Of a stretch of DNA of 64,000 nucleotides, positions 61,401 through 64,000 are shown one piece after another. The stretch's first letter is position 1; each line of letters begins with the position of its first letter. A model generated the notes under the pieces. It saw nothing but the letters and a program-made list of their open reading frames with translations, had not been told where the DNA came from and searched no databases. This DNA is from an uncultured Eubacterium sp. (GTDB lineage Bacteria > Bacillota > Clostridia > Oscillospirales > CAG-272). The DNA lies in contig UQUT01000001.1 of assembly GCA_900544285.1 (NCBI GenBank), positions 59,004-123,003 of the forward strand, read 5' to 3'. The translations under genes and the position numbers were made by a program.

Positions 61401-64000
61401 ACGGTAAGCCCGTTGCCGAGATACCCCATTCCAATGTCGTATGATCCTTTTTCTTCGGGATTTGCGTTGAAATCTTCCTCTGTGCTTTCCAAGCCAAGAT
61501 ATTCACTGAGTCCAGCTTCTTGAATTGCGTTCACATAGTCGTCTTTGAGAATAGAATCCTCTGTAACAACCGCCAAGACTTTGCTTGCCCTATCATCTTC
61601 AAACGAATAGTGAGGGCTGATACTGCGGGAAGTCACATAGAACTTTTTGATATTGCCGTCGTAATCCTTTACGGCCTGCTGAAAGTCCCGCAGATCTTCC
61701 ACCGTGAAAATGCCCTGTGTTACCCAATACACTTCGCTGCCGTTTACAATGTCGGCTTCTTTGAAGCGCATATGATGGGGAATGCGTTTTTCAAATTCAA
61801 CGGCGCTGAACAGGGGTTCCGGTGTTTCTTCTGTTTTTTCTTCGGGTGGTAATTCCTTGACCTTCAAGTGGTCGTTCATCGGGTTTTCCTGCACCCTGCG
61901 GTCAAACTCGCCCCGTTCTATTTCTTTTTGAAATAAGGGGAACTGCGTATCGAACAGCATTACCCGGTTTTCGTCAAAGGAGAGGATTTCATATTCGTCC
62001 GCACCCATATATACCGTATCGCCAAGATGATATACATAGCGGTCGGTTGCAACGGGTTCAGCCTCTAAGCCGCCCGTCATCTGCGCTTCATAGCGGTCAA
62101 TATCATGCTCGGTTATCCATTCTGGTTTCTCTGGCAGAAGGGCATACAGTTCCCGCATTTTAGCAATCTGCTGTTCGACATTTTCCGCCCACAAATGCTT
62201 TTCTGCACGGTTGCCGTTCCCTAAGAAATACTCGCAGTCCGAGCGCAGACGGGAGAGCAGGCGATATTCGTTTTCAAAGTTTTGCACGGCGGGTTCTTCC
62301 TCTTGCGGCGGCGCAGCCGAGAGGATTTCCCGGTTTTTTCGTTCTTCGGCAAGCTCGGCACGACGTTCTTCCTGCTTTTGCAGCCAAGAGGGGTAAACCT
62401 CTTTTTCTTTCGGGTTGAGATAACGGTCAAGGCGGATCAGTTCAGCAATCCGCTTTTCAACCTGATTCCAAGTCAGATTGATATGCGGTTTCTCAGCGCC
62501 AATCCCTTTTGAAATGCGAATCCCTTTCCCGTCGTGCTGTTCATCAATGCCTGCGCCGACAATTACGGGGTAGGAACCGCCCCAACCGTATTCCTCTTTG
62601 AGAAAATCGGCATTTTCCTTTGCTGACAGGCTTTTTTCAAACCGTTCGTAAATCCTGAACTTGCCTTCGGATACGCCGCTTCCACGAGTGAGAACTGCGT
62701 CGATAATCTCCTGAGAAAAAGTAAAGGCGGAGGTTTTTTCCTCCGCCTGCGTTTCCAGTAGATTCATCTGCCCGCCGATTGAGGGCAGGGGTTTTTGTGT
62801 GTCCCGCAGCTCTCCGAGCAGCCGCATAGCTTCAAAATGTTGGGCAATCACGCCCCAATCATAAAAGCTCTGCGCCGTTCTGCTTAAATAGCTGCCTTCC
62901 CAAAGATGAAGCACATTCTGATAGGTTTTGTACCCCACACGCCGCCCGTCGTTCAATATTACTTCGGTATAGTCGTTGTTGAAAATACCCTTGATATATT
63001 CAGTACGGGCGGCATTGTCAGTGATACCCTCATAAAAAGCACGAATTTCATCTTTTGAAGCCTTCAAATGAGGGGTTGTGCCGAGAATTTCCCGAATGGT
63101 ATCGTCCCTGCCGAAAAACGGCAGGCTTTTATCCTCGTGTTCCCGGTCGTAGTAATCTAAGCGAAAATCACTTCCGCTTTCACGATCTCCTGCACCCGGT
63201 TCCGAAGATTGTTCATTCCCTGCACCCATTTCATCGTATCCGCCGCTTTCAGGCTCTCGGTCAAGCCCTCCTGCGCCGCCATTTTCTTCAACAGGGATTC
63301 CTCCATCTGGAGAGCCGTCTGTTCGGTCTGCACCAGATGTGCGGTCAGGGTGCAGCTCGTCAGAAGATTGTAATAGAGGATTCGGTGCTGTTCTTTCAGG
63401 TATTTCTTCCTCATCTGAGCGTACCTGCCCATCGTCACCTCCGGCTGTTCGGGCATTGTCAGGTCGGGAAGATTGTAGTCTCCCTGCATTGTATAGGTCA
63501 GTTCGGCCATCGTCAAAACTCCTTTCACTTTTCTTTTCAGCTATATTGTAATCGGCTCTGCCGTTTCCTGCAATTATGCGATTTTGCTTATCGAGAGCGA
63601 GAACAGTGCGGGAGATTTCACTAAGCCCCATCTCCGCAATATCGCTCGTGGCAAAGCCGAGGGCATTCAAGGTTTCGGACGTGTTGAACTGCGACACGCC
63701 TGCAAAAAAACCGGAGGGATAGATCTCCGAAGTGTCAATCCCCAAACGGGACATCATCATATATGCGATACTGTGGGTAACAAGTTCTTCATAAAGTTGC
63801 CCGGATTCTTCGGCGGAGAGATAGGCAATATCGCTGTCGCCGCCGATCTGCATAAAGTCTTGCAGATAATCGGGCAGGTTATCTTCGGCTGCGTTTTTAG
63901 CAGCGGAGAGGACGGCGCTTTTCAGATCGTCCTTGTTTTCCAACTCACCGAAGGTATTTTCAAGGGTATCAATGACCTCCTGCTCATACTCCGGTTTCAT
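55496..64000 (-). CDS. giant multidomain protein (>2834 aa, 5' end beyond the window): N6-adenine DNA methyltransferase + SNF2/DEAH helicase + MutS-domain-I-like segment. It is ICE anti-restriction/SNF2-methylase-like.
   Basis: MTase motif I reads EPSCGIGNFIG (~59890-59940) and motif IV reads GNVPFG (~59711-59735). The helicase Walker A reads LLAHAVGAGKTFE (~57880), the DEAH box reads FIDESHYYKN (~57395), and the helicase-C region reads ASHDLDCPWRPSDLEQRAGRTVRQGN. The MutS_I-like segment reads LGNFYEAFEEDANQVSEALGLTLTTR...PMCGLPAHSL...VAVC (~60940-61170). Confidence 0.85.
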   Translation of the reverse strand: MKPEYEQEVIDTLENTFGELENKDDLKSAVLSAAKNAAEDNLPDYLQDFMQIGGDSDIAYLSAEESGQLYEELVTHSIAYMMMSRLGIDTSEIYPSGFFAGVSQFNTSETLNALGFATSDIAEMGLSEISRTVLALDKQNRIIAGNGRADYNIAEKKSERSFDDGRTDLYNAGRLQSSRPDNARTAGGDDGQVRSDEEEIPERTAPNPLLQSSDELHPDRTSGADRTDGSPDGGIPVEENGGAGGLDREPESGGYDEMGAGNEQSSEPGAGDRESGSDFRLDYYDREHEDKSLPFFGRDDTIREILGTTPHLKASKDEIRAFYEGITDNAARTEYIKGIFNNDYTEVILNDGRRVGYKTYQNVLHLWEGSYLSRTAQSFYDWGVIAQHFEAMRLLGELRDTQKPLPSIGGQMNLLETQAEEKTSAFTFSQEIIDAVLTRGSGVSEGKFRIYERFEKSLSAKENADFLKEEYGWGGSYPVIVGAGIDEQHDGKGIRISKGIGAEKPHINLTWNQVEKRIAELIRLDRYLNPKEKEVYPSWLQKQEERRAELAEERKNREILSAAPPQEEEPAVQNFENEYRLLSRLRSDCEYFLGNGNRAEKHLWAENVEQQIAKMRELYALLPEKPEWITEHDIDRYEAQMTGGLEAEPVATDRYVYHLGDTVYMGADEYEILSFDENRVMLFDTQFPLFQKEIERGEFDRRVQENPMNDHLKVKELPPEEKTEETPEPLFSAVEFEKRIPHHMRFKEADIVNGSEVYWVTQGIFTVEDLRDFQQAVKDYDGNIKKFYVTSRSISPHYSFEDDRASKVLAVVTEDSILKDDYVNAIQEAGLSEYLGLESTEEDFNANPEEKGSYDIGMGYLGNGLTVWNRAVEVNGDYQNIAHISPEGEIHYYVENLPEDVIARIERAAEQEKNGHIPSAISQEDSAVTAIWQDYLDAKGENPGSIVLFQLGNFYEAFEEDANQVSEALGLTLTTRRFGEEHRVPMCGLPAHSLQTYTNMLLDRGFDVAVCSLENGERITRNIVSTNKEDPVQSQPIGRIDYLHTDGSVRESIEYTSPYQLEKDVKEENFYGVPFTLVLYKDKDGNTIPQDFIGELDPPPQGIEIIDSPYLAKDRADEMLRQAEEIAAESAVESYERFFVIETDEGYAVWDDIREEIYVDDEGVSEEFTSEWQANDYLEQVKKEVSEKESAEWLYVERAKQEAPAPEQPEEKPLAPAFTQPKRSRVQTFDLHPEIPMSERHTFDLASHEIPEAGKKERFRRNMAAINVLNECEFENRFATPEEQEILSQYVGWGGIPEAFDENNSSWADEFIELYQALSPDEYESAKGSVLTAFYTPPVVISAIYKAMEQMGFREGNILEPSCGIGNFIGMLPQSIQNAKMYGVEIDKISAGIAQQLYQKTSIAAQPFEEANIPDSFFDAVIGNVPFGDIRINDKRYNKHNFLIHDYFFAKSLDKLRPGGVMALITSKGTMDKENPAIRKYIAQRADLLGAVRLPNNTFKGNAGTEVVSDILILQKRDRLIDIEPEWVHLNTDENGVKMNSYFVDHPEMVLGEWKTVSGRFGEENTVVPYENTGLAEQLEEAISGIHAEITEYEADEELEEEDTSIPADPNVRNFSYTVVDDKIYYRENSRMTPVECSATAENRIKGMIAIRDCVRNLIEIQTLDFPDGEITAEQQKLNTLYDTFSKKYGLINSRANVSAFSQDGSFSLLSALEILGDDGELERKADIFTKRTIKPHIPITSVDTASEALAVSMAEKAFVDMEYMCSLSGKTEQEIYQDLKGVIFLNPMYGYGDSDEQKYLMADEYLSGNVRQKLAWARKSAEVYPEDYTVNVEALEKVQPRDLTASEIFVQLGTTWLPEEIVQKFIYEFLDTPVYARWNIKVHYSKLTGEWNVEGKSSDRSNLKAYNTYGTQRVNAYKIIEETLNMKDVRVFDYIEDDEGKKKAVLNKKETAIAQSKQELIKQGFQDWIWRDPTRREKLVRLYNDKFNSIRPREYDGSHIAFTGMNPEITLREHQKNAVAHILYGGNTLLAHAVGAGKTFEMTAAAMESKRLGLCSKSLFVVPNHLTEQWAAEFLQLYPAANILVATKKDFEMKNRKRFCGRIATGDYDAIIIGHSQFEKIPMSIERQRAVLQQQLDDIVAGITDIKRNKGSRFSVKQLEKTKKSLTVKLEKLNDQSRKDDVVTFEELGVDRIFIDESHYYKNLFLYTKMRNVGGIAQTEAQKSSDLFMKCRYLDEITGGRGTVFATGTPISNSMVELYTIQRYLQYRTLQEHDLQHFDSWASSFGETVTAVELTPEGTGYRAKTRFARFNNLPELMAMFKEVADIQTADMLHLPVPEVEYHNIAVKPSQIQKDMVASLAERAEKIRDGGVNASVDNMLKVTNDGRKLALDQRMMNPLLPDEEGSKVNACVQEVYHIWEETADKKSTQLLFCDLSTPKGESEFSVYTDIRKKLIGRGIPESEIKFIHEADTEVKKQELFKKVRRGEVRILLGSTQKMGAGTNVQNKLIASHDLDCPWRPSDLEQRAGRTVRQGNENSKVGLYRYVTEETFDAYCWQLVEGKQKFASQIMTGKSPVRSCEDIDETALSYAELKMLSTGNPYIKEKMDLDIQVQKLRLLKSNYLTEKYALEDKIIKYYPKQIARAKEMISGLESDIRRASEHPKPTDDRFVGMEVKGVSYSEKAEAGKKIIDSCGEMTSPDPVSLGRYRGFDLELSFEPFQKVYQVKIKGSVSRSVSLGTDAIGNITRIDNVIEKIPELLEMEKQELETTEKQLATAKIEVEKPFDKEPELTEKTERLNVLNGLLNVDKRGNELVDGELDEGDEAPERREKAYER

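Larger units (their letters stand above)
33970..64000. mobile_element. integrative conjugative element (Gram-positive T4SS, MOB relaxase with MobC, Tn916-type Int). It extends beyond the window end; the left boundary is uncertain and may reach ~27.6 kb.
   Basis: Co-oriented minus-strand genes encode a CHAP hydrolase, sortase, MTase, VirB4, PrgI, VirB6-like, Maff2, VirD4, ArdC, PcfB, relaxase, MobC, primase, HipA-like and the giant SNF2-MTase. Int is at the edge. Confidence 0.75.

Overview
This 64-kb window looks like a Firmicutes (Clostridia-like) chromosome carrying two integrated mobile elements. The core genes are typical for that lineage (folT-family ECF S component, DgkA, PAP2, PdxST) and translation uses Gram-positive-style GGAGG ribosome-binding sites. 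From left to right the window contains the following.

- **1-8.0 kb, housekeeping and envelope genes.** The 3' end of an upstream gene, a ribokinase (PfkB family), a mirror operon of acyltransferase-GT8-GT8-acyltransferase, a TetR regulator, an ECF sigma factor with a roughly 350-aa C-terminal extension, and a hypothetical protein.
- **About 8.1-15.1 kb, a small Tn916-type integrative element without a T4SS.** It reads MobC-like, Int, Xis, a MazF/NdoA toxin fused to a zinc ribbon, an Orf7-like sigma-r4 protein, an HTH protein, an ImmR/ImmA pair (XRE repressor plus HEIGH metalloprotease) and a Schlafen-like AlbA_2/HATPase_c ATPase as cargo.
- **15.2-27.6 kb, chromosome.** This stretch carries a flavoprotein and HxlR pair, a folT-like ECF S component plus class V aminotransferase behind a structured leader, dgkA, a PAP2 phosphatase, an MFS transporter with MarR, a Na/Pi cotransporter, a CDF transporter behind a candidate NiCo riboswitch, pdxST, and a truncated MocR/PdxR regulator.
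- **27.8-33.9 kb, an accessory block.** It encodes a membrane protein and a lipoprotein EndA-like nuclease that share an Ada-type Cys4 C-terminal module, a small putative immunity protein, an SPFH-DUF4339 protein, a double zinc-ribbon protein and an XRE regulator.
- **34.0 kb to beyond 64 kb, a conjugative element.** A second Tn916-type integrase is flanked by perfect 20-bp inverted repeats. It is followed by a complete Gram-positive T4SS (CHAP hydrolase, sortase B, Cys-rich VLP protein, orphan MTase, VirB4, PrgI, VirB6-like, Maff2, VirD4), ArdC, PcfB, relaxase with MobC, a Toprim primase, an HTH-HipA fusion, and a giant ORF of more than 2834 aa that runs off the window and carries N6-MTase, SNF2 helicase and MutS-domain-I-like modules.

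All functional calls rest on motif and architecture recognition by eye; no database search could be run.
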